This document shows, piece by piece, positions 1-14,100 of a stretch of DNA of 64,000 nucleotides. The DNA is from Schizochytrium sp. TIO01 (taxonomy: Eukaryota; Protista; Bigyra: Labyrinthulomycetes), in NCBI GenBank assembly GCA_004764695.1, contig SMSO01000032.1:4062483-4126482 (forward strand), in the 5' to 3' direction. The translations under genes were made by a program, and so were the position numbers. Under the pieces are notes generated by a model. It searched no databases. It was given only the letters and a program-made list of their open reading frames with translations, and was not told where the DNA came from. Every line of letters begins with the position of its first letter. The stretch's first letter is position 1.

Positions 1-80
1 CTTATCTGCGCGCCCGCCTCTCTTCGCCCATACAGAGATCAATCAAATTAAAGCGCTAAAAACTAAAACACACCAACTAA

Positions 81-131
81 AATCAATCAATCAATCAATC
101 AATCAATCGATCAATCAATCGATCAATCAAT
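81..131. repeat. (AATC)n microsatellite with ATCG variants
   Basis: aatcaatcaatcaatc... read directly. Confidence 0.9.
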
Positions 132-3100
132 AGATCAATTCTTCGGATCCTTCGCGTATCCTTCGCCTCCTCTGCCCTCGGCTCGAGGCCGCGGCGAAAG
201 GGCGCAGATCCTGCGACGCAACAGATCTCAATCGGAAAACCCAAACTCCACAAACCCCGAACAATCGAAGAAAAACAAACAAAACAAACCAAAAGAAAAG
301 AAAAGAAAAGAAGACAAAAAAGAAGAGAATGGAAAAGAAAGCTTCGCTTTGAGCGGTGACGTCGGCGCAAAACCCGCGGGTTCCCTCTAATACTAAATTC
401 GTATCTGTTCATCAACTGCAAACGGGGAACCCGCCATCCCCGCGAGCGAGGATATCCTAGCTTTTGCTGACGTCTTCGAGGATTTCCTTGAAGGTCCCGG
501 AGAGCGCGGCGTCCGCCCCCGCGGTAGGAGTTGGCTATGTGGCGCTAGGGTGTGCGCGGCGAAAAGGAATCGATTGAACTTTGCTCCAAAATCGATCGAT
601 CGATGTATCTATCTATCTCTTGAAACTTCACGCGTGGATGGGCGAATGAATGAATGAATGAATGAATTCATCAATCAATCAATCAATACCTCGGCGTGAA
701 GCCGGCCTGGGGGTCCCGGGGAGGGCCCGCGGGTGCTGGCCCGCCGCCGTTTGCTCGCGTACCGAGTCTTCGGTTCATCTATTTCTTCGTTCGTTATTCA
801 TTCATTCATTCATGAACTATGAATTCTTTCGTTCATTGATAAATTATGAGTTCTTTCATTCTTTCATTCTTCGACGTTGATCATTGAAGTTCCTTTTCAT
901 TCATCGCTTATTAATGAGGCGAAAACAAGAAAAGCCGGGGACCCTTAGCAAAGGGTAGGCGACTGCTAGTGACGGCTCGCCCTGGTAGGTAAGAAAATGG
1001 CACTTCCAATGGGACTCTCTTTCCAATAGGAACCGCTTTCTTCGGGGTTTTACGCGCGGGTGGATTGGTTGATTGATCGATTGGTTGCCTATCCTCCTTC
1101 GGTTAAACGCCCTGGACTGGCTGGTTGGCTGGCTGGCTTGCTTGGGGAGAGCCACGCCCACGGCTCGGCCTTCTGCTGGCGAGCAGAACTCGAGGCTGGC
1201 ACATCGGCAAATAAATGACTATACATGTATATGTACATATATATATATATATATGTGTAAGAAGGAGGAAATGCGGAATTGCAATTCTTAGGGGTGTGCA
1301 CTCGCTTCCTTGTAATCTGCTCGCCTGGTCTGTGCGTCGATGGAATTGGGTCTGAGGATCCCGCGAGTGGACCTCCATGCTCGCGGCGGTGTTTTACTTG
1401 GCGTAGTAGAAGCAAGCTGCTCGCTCTTGTGCATGAAGTGTATCGAGCGAGGACCTCTGCGAGAGATAATTAAAAAAACAAAAACAAAAAAACGGTACGC
1501 GTGTTCTGATGATGCTGTCTGTTAAAAAGTTGACTCCTGTCCCACGCTGTCCCAAAAGACACACGCTAAGTAAAGTAAGTGCGCCTTGCTTTTAAGTGAT
1601 AGTGGTATCACGCACAGACTGAGAGGATTGGCATAATAGTACGATAGCCCTCAATGTCTATCAAGGTGGTCTAGAATTGCAATTATAGCACGAGCAAAAA
1701 CACAGAAAGTAAGTCAACCTTGGACTTGGGCTCAAGTTGTGGAGGATGGTTCAAGCCGGTTCTTTGTCGTGCACGGCAGCTACTGCGATGGAGCCAAAGA
1801 TTGAACCGTCCGCAAGTTCCTTGGGCCAGCCACCAACCAAATCTCGGTCTCGAGGTTTCCTTTCAAGCTCAAGCTCAGACCCATAACTGCAGTGGATACC
1901 TACGTACCTACTACACAGAGAGAGGAGAAGCCCGCTCCTGCCTGCTCTAGAGAACGAACTCATCGTGAGGAGGTCGCCGACACTTTGCATTCGCTTTTAA
2001 CGCCAGATGTTATGTGTATTAAGACTACCTATTTTTAATGTATCACGCCATGTCACCAACTCTTATCACATCGTCTCAATTCTCACCAGAGTCCTTCTCA
2101 TCAAGAATCGAAACTACTTCAATTGCTACCGATGTGTTGCCGTACCGATACTTGTCTCAAGGTTCTGTGCGGTCCCGCCCAGTTCTTTGCCACAGTGCCA
2201 TACTGTCTAGTATGCACCTAAGGAAAGACAGGTTATGAATACTGCCTCTAGTAGTAACTCGGTAGGCAATTAATTGTGAGATTCATAGTGTTCATAGACA
2301 CCACTACCACGGCGTCTTTCTTTCTCCCTAACTTCACAGGAATCACGCCAAACGATTCTGCTGTCATCGTGGTTCCAACCGAATAGCTCAAAGTTACACC
2401 CGTCGCCGACTCTGCTTCGCCACCGACGTCAACCAGGCAAGCTACACGTTCTGCAGTGGCACTTCGAAGACCGACAGTCTCTAGCCAGAGAAATGCCATT
2501 TCCGTGTGTCACTGGTCTACTACTGTGGAGCGCATCATTCCGAGCTTGCTGGCTGGTCCAGTCACTAACCACACATTTTTGACGACGATGGTTCCGAGTC
2601 TAAGGTTAGCGCAAACGAGAGATTGCACTTCTGGCGTGGCTTCAAGGTATCTTTATAGCACAGTTGATTTGTGAGCGACATGGTTATTTTAATTGTCACG
2701 ACAAAGGACCGGTCATGTTCTTTTGCGGCGGTGAGATGTGCAATCGAGATCTGCTGTTGTCAATTCTGGCGTTCGACAGTGGCAGCCTTCAACGTTCGCA
2801 TTATTGATCATCAATGTGTCGTTTTCAAGTTCGTGAAGAAAAGGCTCTTTTAGAGAATGAGACAGGGAAGAAGACATCACGAGATGTAGCATTGAAGTAA
2901 CACCACAACTTCAGATCGTGGGTCACAATTAGTCTTACCTACAATTCAAGTCTCATGACCATAATCGTTCCGTCTCGACCCAAAGTCCACTGGCTTTGTA
3001 ACGAAGATGGCCACCATTCGCGACCTGATTTTGTAGAGCCCAGCATGCTGGTTATCGTCCATGTGTCCAAAGACAACGACAAGCAATCACCGCACCATTA

Positions 3101-3581
3101 ACTTTAATTTGGGCGCGCTGCATCTCAAACTCCACAATTAGCACCTGGCAATGCTCACAGCGGCCTGGCGCAATTATAAAATCAAAAGTCATGACGATGC
3201 GAGCAGCGCTGCACCACCAACCACCAGACTAAAACCAACAACGAAGTCATTAAGTGTTGGAAGCACATTTATTCTCTAGAGTCTAGCAACTCAATCAGCA
3301 CTTAGAGCTCCAACTTGAGCGTGACAATGTTGTTGCTGGAAGATCATTGTGCTAGTCTTCGTCGGGTTAAATCATCAGAATGAGTCATCAGATCAACCGC
3401 CAAGCCTTCAGATCGTCGCATCTTAAATGAATGAAGACTTGCCTTTCGCTAGATCTCCAATTGGCTTGGAAGCAGGAAAACACAGCTAGGTCACTGGGCT
3501 AGCGATCTCGCATTACATTACAACATTTTATGTATAATTCCTTCGCTCGTGAAAGTCTTGAGTCCTGACGCCACCGAGAGC

Positions 3582-3657
3582 TGATGATGATGGTGGTGGA
3601 GGTGATGATGATGATGATGGTGATTGATGGTGAAGTGAAGGTGATGGTGATGGTGAC
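3582..3657. repeat. Imperfect (GAT/GGT)n microsatellite
   Basis: tgatgatgatggtggtggaggtgatgatgatg...; explains the spurious poly-M/V ORF 3584..3853. Confidence 0.85.
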
Positions 3658-6075
3658 TACCGGTGCTTCAGAGTCCTCGTGTCAGCTTAATCTAATCGTA
3701 TCTCATTCCTCTCCTGACAGAGAATCTCACAAATCGCAGCTCTCTATGTTCATAATACACACATACACATACACTACATTCATTACATTCCACTACATTT
3801 TAGAGATATCTACACGAACTGATCACAGTCCGCTCAATTGTAAATTGCTATAGTTGCAATTCGAGGTCTCCGGACCTGGACTTCAGCTGTTCATAAGAGT
3901 ATGCGAACTCCCGTCTTCGGCGTCACTGCCGGCTTCTTCCCTCCAGCTTTGACCGGCGTCTGAATCGCATGGGACGCTCCTTCGACGAGTTTTCATTCGT
4001 GGCTATGAACCCTATGACGGGGGTACACCTGTTCTCCATCTCCGCTATTTTGCCGGCGCTTTTTGTGCGCTTCACGGATTAAAAATTGACAACCTGTGTA
4101 CAGCTTTTCGTCCTTTAAGCCCAGATGACGTTTGCTCTATTCAAGGATATCCTCTCTGGGCCCGGAATAGTACCACAACGCAAAGTGCACACGTTAAGGT
4201 GCCCGGCGAGCGGGGACCCGCAACACCCAAATGCACTGTGGAATGAGGGCGGCTGTACAAGAGACTGAGAGTCGGTTTTGGGCGGACTCCAGGTGCGCTG
4301 AGAAGAAACACGCAGCCCCTGGTCGGCGCAAATGTATATATGTATACTAGAAGTACTTGGCAACAGCCTCATCTCCAAGACAAAGCCAGCTATATTATTG
4401 TTCAACTAGTCTAGAGTACCACAAGCAAACTCGAACGACGTGTTTGGGAAGTGAGAAAGCTCTGCTGCAACATATAAAAGTCCGAACGCATCTTTGTGGC
4501 GCAAACGGGATCATTAAATATTGCTAAGGTTTTGGTCGCGCTTTCCCTTTTTTGATTAACAGAAAATGATAGCTTTATTTATCAAACCCGTTTTTGCTGT
4601 GATAAGAAATTTCTAAGTTGGCAAGTAAAAAGTAAAAAGGTTAAACCATTCTGGTCAACCTTTCTGAGATCAACTTAGTTTATCAGCACATGGGTACTAC
4701 TAATTTAAAGAGGAAAGAGCAACAATTTGGCCTTGCTTGGCTGAAACTGTACGGTTCAAGCCTTACTTTCAGTATCTTTCGTTCTGGTCTTTGTACTACA
4801 GAAATGCTACTTTCAATACATATTTCTCATCTTCAGTCATCCATGAGCTGTAAGCTCTAAAGAAAAAGAACAAAGGTTTCTTTCTCCAGAACGATATTTA
4901 CATATTGTTATCTGAAAAAAAGAAAGAAGAAAACTAAATCAGAGAATCAGTTGCTTTCTGTTGCTTTCTTGCCTTAATCAAACTAGAAGATTTGTCATTC
5001 TACACTATTCAAAACTCTCGACACGCAAGGCACCTGAAGGGTTTGTGCATCGTAGATTCGTTGATCCTCTGAAGTTTGAAGCGAATTCTTTCTCACAAAA
5101 CATGTTGTAATTCCAAGCTTTAAATGATCCTAAAAGATTTGGGCGTTAGTCTTGCACCACGTTGATTTTACAATTCGCAAGGAGTTGAAGCTTGTGCAGG
5201 ATATACCATTAGTTGACCGACTCGACGTCTAAAGTATAGCTTGGTTTGCAAAGGTGGCACGGTGCTGTACTGTTAAAAATCTCCAGCTTTCCCTCTCTGC
5301 CCCAGAGCTTTACCATGTAACCAGATGTTCCTATTTAACCTAAGGAGTCTCAAAGACTTGAGAAAATAAATTCACTCGACTGCCCCTAACTGAGCACAAA
5401 GTGCTCAGTCTCGCTCTGATCCAGAAGAGTTTTACAAGGTAGGGGTCATTTTCATTTCTGAAAGTTAACCTGAACACGCTCTCGTCGGCATATCATGATA
5501 CGTTGCGGTGATGCCAGCAGGTTACTGTACCTATCCTACATGCAGATCAAACGGCAAATTGAATTTCAAAGGACTGGAGCAGCACGTAACCATGGCTGCT
5601 CAAAAGACCGTGTCTGTTTCCATGTGTACCTCAGAGTCTACGGGCTATTGCTGGTTCGGCAAGCTGAGACCGGGTTGAGGTAAAGCCAACCTCTGGGAGG
5701 TTTCTCACGATAACAAAAGTAGAAACGTGATTGCTGACTTTCGTTGGTCTTAGCATGGCGTTACTCTATGCTGTTTTAAAACGACACAGTTTGATCAATC
5801 ACCATTGCATTATGCAATTGCAATTGTAATCTATGCATATTGATCGTCAGTCTGATTTGCACTTCCACGCTTTTATGTGTGAAATGACAGGCCGTACTTT
5901 TATCATTCAACTAGTCATTCGATGTCGATAGTAGTACAATGGCCTCACTTCGTTGTGGGCTATGAGTGCTACAATATAAGGGGCTCCTCTTTAGCACTAA
6001 CAAGTCCAAGCAGCTGGAGTTTTGAATGGCAGTCAGCCTGCTGTTGTTTTAGAAAATCCACAAACAAAATAACAA

Positions 6076-6113
<38 letters not shown>

Positions 6114-6115
6114 TC
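6076..6115. repeat. (CT)n microsatellite
   Basis: About 20 CT units with one GT interruption. Confidence 0.9.
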
Positions 6116-8556
6116 TGCACCTCTTAAAGTTTGAGCTGGTTTGGCAATCATGATGAAGGTAAGCAATGGTGATGATGTTGATATTCTTGTGGATGAAACA
6201 CATGAGAGCTTGACGCATTGGTGTTCGCTGGTGGTTTTATGATAACCTACCATAAGTTGCTCACTTTTCACTTTTCGTTCGTTCCTGCAGTCTTCGCGGA
6301 CAATCTTGGCGCTGACGATGTCGAGGAACTATCGCCTTCCGTTATTGCTCCAGTGTTTCGAGTACTGACATCGACCACGTGGAAGGAACCCCAGACATTT
6401 AGGGTGGGGCTCTCGCTGCGATCATCCTAGCACAAGCGCACGTAGGTTGTAGGGTTTCGTGAAGCAAAGCTGAGAGTCAACTGAGAGGTAAAAGGAGAAG
6501 CTCGGAGTTGGCATTTTTATCATATTTATCCATAAAGTTTCCTGCATCAAAACATCACACACTTCTCAATAAGAAAAAGCAACAGGAAGTGAAAGGAAAT
6601 TTGCTTTTGGAAGGCAGCTCTTACGTATAACATCGCTGACTATAATCGCTTTTTCGGATGCTGAAGATGATAGGAGTGGAGTTTTCGTGGACTTGTTCGA
6701 AGAGCGTCTTCAGCTTTATTTCCTGAAAGCAAATTTGATTATATAGTTCACGCCCGTGACCAAGAAGAAGAAGAAGAAGAAGAAGTGTCATTCGTTTGAG
6801 TTTCTATTTTTCTTATCACAATGCAGCATGAGCAGTCCTGCGACTATTAGTATTCATCCACTCATCAGGAGGCTTCAGTAGTTGCTACTCTCTCCTGTTC
6901 TTCCCGTCCAAGAAATTCATCCATTTGGCTTCTTCAATAGGAAAAAGGTCTCGGACCCACTCATTGCCATAGTGACAGCTGGGCTTGTAAAAACGGGATG
7001 AAGCACATCATGATGATTGTAGCAACACGCTTCTTCAGACTCACGGGGATCTATCTACCTAGGAATTAAATTGACGTTCCTTGACGTGGTACTAGTATGT
7101 ATCGCTGATCTCTAGCTTATCTCAATCTACTAGAAGCGACCACATTAACTTTAGAGGTCACTCGATTCCTGACTCCCCCCATTTCGATATCAAAATGAGT
7201 AGGAGCAGCGCATGATCAGAACCCATGAGCATGCACAAGAAAGGCAGATTAGAACTAATGCGCGATTGCATGATGCTGTGTTTCGACGAAATGGACATAA
7301 CAATTAATGCAAGGCCTTAATTCTTCACAGACTAAACTAAAAAGAGATTCGTGAGGATAAAATTCCTAAGAACTGTCAGCAGCAGCAGCTCCTCCTCTAA
7401 CGAAGTCCATAGATTATATAAAGACAACGTAAATTCATGGTTAATGACTTCGAAGGTACGCAACGATCAATGAAACTAGAATATGTTGTTGATGCTAGCA
7501 AATTCTCTAGCAGTAGGCACAACAAGGATTGTGAAGTTGAAAACTAGACACCAGACATATACTACGAGTGCGCAAAACGCGCGGCAACTCTTGGACCTGT
7601 TTGAGAAGACGATTTCAGGGGACGAACATCGTAACAGAGGCCTAATTCTGCACTAGACTGCAGTTAAAAGATTAATCTCTAAACGAATGAAGCCAATGTT
7701 CCAGGAAATAGGTCCGGTCTTCCTGGATTCCCCAGAAGTTGCAAGCTTTAAAGACCCTTCCGGTCGAGTGATTTCGAAACCCAGTAACGACGTATGTTTC
7801 GCTTTCTTCATAACCACTAAACAAAGCCATGGCTGAGCAATTAGCTACAAATCACCCAGCTTTGTCTTGTTACAGGTTTTAGGACTACCTATTTATTACC
7901 TATACTAATTTCATTCAGCGAGGTAGTAGGTGCTAGTGTGCTGCTTAATAGATGTCTACATAATATCCTCTACTACATCGAAAATACATTGGCTGTCAGT
8001 GAGTGAGTTTAATTTCGATTGCTTCAGAATCAGATTAGGTAGGAGCTCATGATTCAGATCTCGCGAAAAGTTCTGCAGAAACCAACTCGATGATCATCTT
8101 CTTTGCAAGAAAGCTAGTCTCGTGATTCTGCTGCAGTCCAGGTCTAGACTCGGTTAGCGTCGGTCGTGCATCGTGGAGGATGGTTTGGAGCTGATTCTCG
8201 AGCTGATTCTCGCGAATTGGCAGCTCAATCCTTTATAGTTTCGCAAAGTGTCTCCTCCTTGAGAGAAAACCTATAGATCTATGTTTTTATGTGTAGGTAG
8301 ATTTAAGAAAGATCATCATAATGGATGCATCATGTACTTACGAATGATTGAATGTATGGATGGATGGATGGATAGATTCAGAGGTTTTACCGGACCACGC
8401 TTGCGGAGGTCCTCTTCCACTCCACTAAACTTCCAGGAAGCAAAAGTGAAGAAAGGAAAGCGAGAAATAATTTTGGTTTTGAAAGATTTAGCACTGACAG
8501 TGGGTTCGCTCCTCTTCTTGAGCTTCTCTTTTAGTTCCACAGACAGATAGTTGTGC

Positions 8557-8800
8557 TTTTATATATATATAGTTTTTAATTATATATATAGTTTTTAATT
8601 ATATATATATATATTAATAAAAATATAAAACTATTTTTAATTCAAATGAAGATAAATTAAAAGTTTTAAATATTGACTATTTAATTTAATTTATTTAAAA
8701 AAGCATATTTAACAATAGTTTTAATTCTTACGCGAGGTGTAGTATATATACATATATATATAAATAATAAAAACTTCAAACGTTAAAATGATTAATTCAT
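8557..8800. other. Extremely AT-rich island with (TA)n and a duplicated tatatatatagtttttaat unit
   Basis: Almost pure A/T sequence; tandem duplication at ~8562-8600. Confidence 0.8.
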
Positions 8801-11099
8801 ATGATGAAATGTGAAGGTCGTTCCATTTTATTTGAAGTTTTATTTAAAAGAAATCCAATTAAAAACGTTTTTGACAAAGAAACAGAAGAAGCCATATATA
8901 TTACATATACTGTTTACTTTAAATTCATACTAATGGTAGTATTTTTATGGAATATTGTGAGAACGTTGCAAGGAGGTGCATGACTGATTGTCTGTGCAGC
9001 CTGGAGTATACGTGAGAGAAGACAATATACCGCCTCGAAATCTTAAAGTCGAATGTATGTAAAATAATTCTCAGATAAAGCCAAGTGAGGTCTATCTAAC
9101 TTATAACAAACTACTGCCAAGACAATTGTGCACGTGCTGATTTGCTGATGAATAACATAGCGACATGCATGCTTTTAAAGATGAACACCTGGCTGTTCTT
9201 ACTTCTCCCTTTCAGGTTAGATTCAAAATACAAGCGATGGGTTTATTGAAAACGTAATATGCTTTGAAGGTACCTATTTCAATCTATGAATATTGAACTT
9301 CGAAACGATCTTCAAGTTGTACCTAGATGTTGGGTACGATATTCATTAAGACGGAGCTTCCCATCATTCACGTGCGGTTAGCTTGATCTTCAGCTTCGCT
9401 TGGTTTCCTTAGTAGTTCTACAGTATCGAGCAATTCGTAGTACACCCCCCCTCCACGACCAGATCTGATGATCCGATGATTACTTTAATTCGACGACACT
9501 CGTTTATTCGCACACCATGCGTAAAGGCCTTCTGCTTTCATATCGCGGCTCAATAAATAATGAATTCTTAGCATCCGCTGTTTATGGTTCCATTCTCATC
9601 ATACAACAATGCTAAGCTTATTGAAGAAGATTCAAGTATATCAAACGTTGCACACCCGCGCGCTTTTCAATAAGCTCTTTCTATGATTTTGAGCTGCTAT
9701 ATTTCTGAAGCCGTAGCAGCAAGAGCCCAGATCCATTTCATCTTATTACTATTGACCCGAAATAGCGATCGCCGTCTTTGGGTCTGATAAAAGAATCAAC
9801 TGTGCTGTGTATGGACCACAACTATCCTTGTTTTTGACACACTTCGTTTTGATCGATTGATCTTTAAGTTATTGAAGGACGCAATCATTCTAATATCGCG
9901 TAGCTTCAGCTTTCGGGATATTTCCCCAGAACCCCGTACACGAGCAGTCTTATACTACTGTCGAGCGATTGAGCGTGTGAGAGCTACGCAAGCTCTGCTT
10001 GGAAGCATACTTTGTGATCTTCAACTCGACGCTACCTACTTGCATCCCTGAAACCAGAGTTTTTAGTCCTGAGCATTAGGTGAGTAGGTAGGTATTTATT
10101 TACTTATTCACCCACTAGTCCTTTGAAAATCTCTTCTCCAAAGCCCATGTCCAACTTCAAGTTCGATACCATCATCAGCATTCTAATCAAAACGATTCAT
10201 GGCCCTCCATTTTACTCTACTATAGGAAGTAATCGCTAGGCAGGCAGGCAGTGCACACCTCCGCCTTTCCGATGCCTCGAGTCTTTCAGCGGATCCTCTC
10301 TGCAAGCCCTGGTCCCTCTCCCAGGCAATCTGAAGGCCTGCAATCACGCGGTGTCCACACAACGCTTCGTCGGCATTTGCACTGGTGTGGAGATAGACTT
10401 GTGGTTGCTGTGCTGCTCTTCTTCACTCACTGTGCTGCGTTGAGTGCATAGCCCCACCCTCTCAAATTGCCAGCCCAAGTGTTGCGTGTGTACTCTATAC
10501 AGGTGTACCTATCTATGTATGTGTATGTCACTTCAAAACATACTGAGAGCTCTATTGACGTCCTTTCCGCATTTTCCGCCGAGTTAAATGAAGAGTTATT
10601 ATACATTTTATTCTGCTCTTTACTCTTCAGGTGATTAATGTCTGACTTTTCAATATTCTATTTTTAAAATATACATAAAAATTTAAAGTTAAAGAAGTGA
10701 TTTTCCAATTTTTTCCAATTTTTTTTTTTTTTAAATAAACTATATATATATGAAAATTTATTTCAGGTGTTAAAGAAAGAAAGGCGCATTACCGTTTCTA
10801 TTTTTATGTTTTATAAATAATAAAACCTTTAAATATAAAGAGAAAAGAAAGAGATGCTAACTAAAACAGAATGGAACACATTTGCAATCGACGACAATGC
10901 TGCTCAGGATGCACGTCATTCTCCATCCAGTGATGGCGAACTTGAGCACAAGTGAATATATGTAGCAATGGCCGTGTAGTGGACTCGTCGCGGCGCAAGT
11001 TCTTTATACTCTTGAACACAATCACAGCGCTCGTGAACTTCCTTTTTTACTTCGCAAAGAACATTTCCCGCACGCTCTGGCGCATGCGTGAATTGGTAC

Positions 11100-11151
11100 A
11101 TTCATTCATTCATTCATTCATTCATTCGTTCATTCTTTCATTCATTCATTC
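11100..11151. repeat. (ATTC)n microsatellite
   Basis: attcattcattcattc... read directly. Confidence 0.9.
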
Positions 11152-14100
11152 CGATAATTTATTCGTTCATTTCAATAGAAAATGGCAGAAATCAAACTTA
11201 AGATGCCAATTATCTCGAACTGGATCATGCCGAGTCTTGTCTCATCCAATCAACCATCTGAAGAAAGACCTGAACAGTTCAATTCATTCTGATCACTCAT
11301 CGATTCATGCATCTGATTCAATCTTCTAGTAGATCGCACAAGAAGACATCGACCTACGTCCTAACTTGGCAGAACCAATGAATGATTCAATGAATGAACT
11401 GCTCATCATCGTCCACGGCGCCTTTTTACTCAGGTTGAACCGTGAACATGCTCAAGGTTTGTGTTTTGTTCTCCAGGTAAAGTATCGACAGAGAAACAAA
11501 GAGATCTCCAACATCATACGACAGACCATCGTTCAATGCACAGACGGACGTTAGTTTTGACGAGACCTGTTCATGGATCCCAACGCGGCGTTCGCTGGAC
11601 TCTTCGTGGTCTCTGCAACTGATTTCCTGACATAGATTTGAGATGGCGGAACAGAGAAGATTGCCTCAACCTTTGGAAAGAATTAAGAAAGAAAGAAAGA
11701 AAGAACATGTGCAGAACGGTCTTCAAATGCGCTAGAAAGCCTCATTTCGATGCCGATGCCGCTTTGCTTCTTCAAGTCATACAGGATTAAATGGCCGTCG
11801 CAAATGTTTCAAGAGTGAATAAAAGTCCAAAACCCTCCTCAAGTATCGATCAACTCAGCTCTGGTTCAAGTGCAAATACCTTCAGAGGATCTACATGTCA
11901 CGGGTAGAGAGAGAGAGAGCTGCTAGAAATTCTCACAATCAAAGTCGAACCTCCGAACCCTGGGGCTCTGATCAATCCATATGTTCCAAAAGTTCTCAAC
12001 GTTCTGCATCCTGTGGACCTCGGTTTGTTTTCAAGCAAGATTTCAGAGTCCATCTGAGTTCCTCTTCTCCTGACCTGAAAATAATGGCGAAAAGCCGGAG
12101 AAGGAGTCGAAGATCCCTCGATATCGGCCTTCTCAAAGAGCGTGACCGAGCTCAGTGAGATCATCGTAAGCGTAGCTAACTATGTGTTTTGGAGGAGAGA
12201 AACAAGAATGAATAACCGCGACGGCGCCACGCTCTGTCGAAGCAATGGGATCTCTGACTGTGGGCTCGCGAATGAGGCATGGCTACCGCAAACGGTAGGC
12301 CCTATAGGCCCCTGGTTGTACTGAAAAAAGGAAGAAAGAACTTAGCCCGAAGGTTAGGATGGATAAGAGAAACGTTAAGAGTGCGGTGATCGCCAATCAG
12401 TCAGTCATTCAATGAATGATTCTATGACATTCATTTTCTTTCTTCTCCCTTCTCGTAGTAGTAGATACGTAGCCTCTAGGCAGGTTGCTTGCTAGGTTAT
12501 TCGGCTTTGCTAAAGAGAAACAATCTGTTTTTATTTATTTAAAAAAAAAAAAAAGAATTCGAAAATGTTAAAATATTTTTATTTTTTTTAAAACAAGAGA
12601 GAGAGAAAAACACTGCTATAGTGGAGATAGATATAAGAAGCACAAATTGAAGGAAACTTGAAGACTATGAGAAGATTGGCGTCAAGGAATGTTGAATTAC
12701 GGAGCCGACGGTTTAAAAGGAAAGTTCTTTCGCGCTGTTCCTCGGCGCTATTGAGATCTCTCAGCGTCTTTCCTAATTTTCGTTTTTGCCCCCTTTTCAA
12801 TCTCATATCTGATTTAATTTAAAAAAAGAATCCGTTGCTTGGGTTTAGAAGAGCTCGGGTTGATAAACCGTGGCAATAAGCGGAAGTTGTTTCAAAAAGC
12901 CTCTCTCTCTCGCTCCAGAGAATGCCTCCTCCTCAAAGCATAGCGCTCCGTCGAGGAACCTGTGCCATCATCATAGTCAATTCATCGTTTCAGTCTTTCC
13001 GCCTCAAGTTGAGATCAACCTCTACCTTTATATTATTATTTTATTATTATTATTAAAAAGAGAGCTTCTGTATTCTCCTCTATAGCCATTTCACCAACAA
13101 AGCAATTTAAAAAAACAAAAACACAATATGAAAACTAAACAAGTGAAAAGCAAAAAAATGCAACGTAGTCGTAGAATAAGAGGGGGTTAAAACTAGGTAC
13201 CGGAAGTTCGAAGGCCCAGCTATTTCCAGGCGATTGAGTGCCTTCCTCTGTTTCCCTGACGACGAAGAAGAAGACCAATGCAAGAAAGAACGAACGAGGG
13301 CTCAATCCGCCTTTTACCCGCCTCGCCTTCGAAGTTACAACCCTCAGCCGCTCGAAAAGGTGACCAGTAGACTAGCTAGCTCTTCTTGCTTGCTCTTCGT
13401 CCTACCCGCCCAGTCCAAACTTTCGCCGCTGTTATGATGGCCAATGGTTGTTAAAAATCGAGCGGCGTTCTTCAGGGCTGAGGCCCAACAGAACAGCCAG
13501 AGAACAGACGACGAGGCCCAAGCAGGGGCGCTATACGAACAAGGAACAGCACCTCAGAGGCAGCTAACCGTATGAGTTTTTCTTTAGTTTCTTAGTTTCT
13601 TAGTTTTTTAGTTTTTAGTTTTTTGTTTTTCAAGGTTTCTTCATATTCATAAGAGCGATGTGCGCAATTGGCGGTTCGGGATCTTCTTTTGAAACGACTG
13701 TAGACTGCAGCGTCGCACTTCGTTTGTGCCCAGCTCGCGGCACAGAGGCCGAACAGACGGAAGCCGACGCTTCTGTGTATGTACATCGCGGTCCTTGCCG
13801 ATTTGAGGGGTAGCTAGCTTCGAGTAGGCTCGGATGGTCTTGCAAACTTGACTGACCTGGCTCTAGTTCGATCTCTGAAAGCCGCCGAGGGCTTTTACTC
13901 TTTTAAAAAAGAAAGGGCTATCAAATTCTTCAAGTATTTTTCATCGAATTGAATGTTTTAAAGCTGTTTTAAATATAAGTTTTTCAATTAAATCGTAGAA
14001 ATATTCACAAAAATGTGAATCTATCGAGGCTATCGACGACTCAGGGAAAACCTTGGCTTTTTACCGCCTCACGTTATCATAACACCTGCCTGGTGTTGCC

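Noticed and set aside
11650-11662. ACAGAGAAGATT, a U6 snRNA-like core (also at ~50323-50336)
   Set aside because: Neither site continues into the U6 AGCATGGCCCC/ISL sequence; chance match
11935-11975. Minus-strand GGTTCGA resembling a tRNA T-loop or B-box
   Set aside because: No T-stem pairing or cloverleaf
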